DNA of 64,000 nt from Bacteroidales bacterium. Its GTDB lineage: Bacteria > Bacteroidota > Bacteroidia > Bacteroidales > VadinHA17. The DNA lies in contig JAGPFZ010000004.1 of assembly GCA_018056245.1 (NCBI GenBank), positions 7,508 through 71,507 of the forward strand, given 5' to 3'. The notes below the pieces were generated by a model. It saw only the letters and a list, made by a program, of their open reading frames with translations. It was not told the origin of the DNA and did no database searches. The translations under genes and the position numbers were made by a program. Shown here in pieces: positions 63,741 to 64,000 of this stretch. Every line of letters starts with the position of its first letter. Position 1 is the first letter of the stretch.

Positions 63741-64000
63741 TAAGGCAACAAAGATAATAAACCTGACATGATTTTTAATTTGATAAACTCAATTGAAATA
63801 TATGCTTAAGAAAAACAAGAAAATTATTATTTCACTCAATTCTCTTTCATATCCAATAGTTAATATACTTTCAATATATCATTCATGTTTTTAATATGTT
63901 GCATATTCAACTTTTCAATGAAGCTTGTTAAGCTAACTGTGAATACCAATATGATAATTAATTTGATAATATTTTTTATTAAAATCATCTGTTTGTAAAA

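Noticed and set aside
63741-64000. Possible partial gene at the right window edge
   Set aside because: All six frames in the last 260 nt are interrupted by stops. It looks like AT-rich promoter or intergenic DNA for the M23 peptidase gene.

Overview
This window looks like a core chromosomal segment of a low-GC Bacteroidota genome. Supporting markers are the fused lpxC/fabZ gene, the T9SS translocon SprA, GSCFA- and IPExxxVDY-type proteins, TAnnTTTG -7 boxes and almost no Shine-Dalgarno sites. It is densely packed with housekeeping genes. These include aspS (partial, runs off the window edge), tadA, gdhA, dprA, leuS, purN and acpP-fabF-rnc. They also include an HK/OmpR two-component pair, lepA and groES-groEL. 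Further along lie a sigma54-EBP/lptE/TPR/secG operon, kdsB, queG, sufBCDS-sufE-sufT, HD-lpxD-lpxC/fabZ-lpxA, rimP-nusA-infB, gcvH, pepA-pdxA-ruvA-sprA, tatA, dxr-rseP and two M23 peptidases. Four items are absent from the ORF track and were recovered by hand: the open-ended aspS, tRNA-Ser(GGA), tRNA-Arg(CCG) and a 58-aa tatA. I see no transposase, integrase, CRISPR array, toxin-antitoxin pair or recognisable defence gene. I therefore cannot honestly nominate a novel multi-gene system. The second-look items are all regulatory or structural. (1) A 116-bp tandem duplication of the tRNA-Ser 3' end plus its terminator. (2) A tandem -24/-12-like element and a thrice-repeated 10-mer upstream of groES, directly downstream of an operon encoding a sensor-less sigma54 activator. 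(3) A promoter-proximal terminator hairpin in the rimP-nusA-infB leader. (4) A lone canonical AGGAGG Shine-Dalgarno site in front of infB. (5) A 400-bp intergenic region with a bidirectional terminator and a possible sRNA. Hand-derived coordinates may be off by 1-2 nt.
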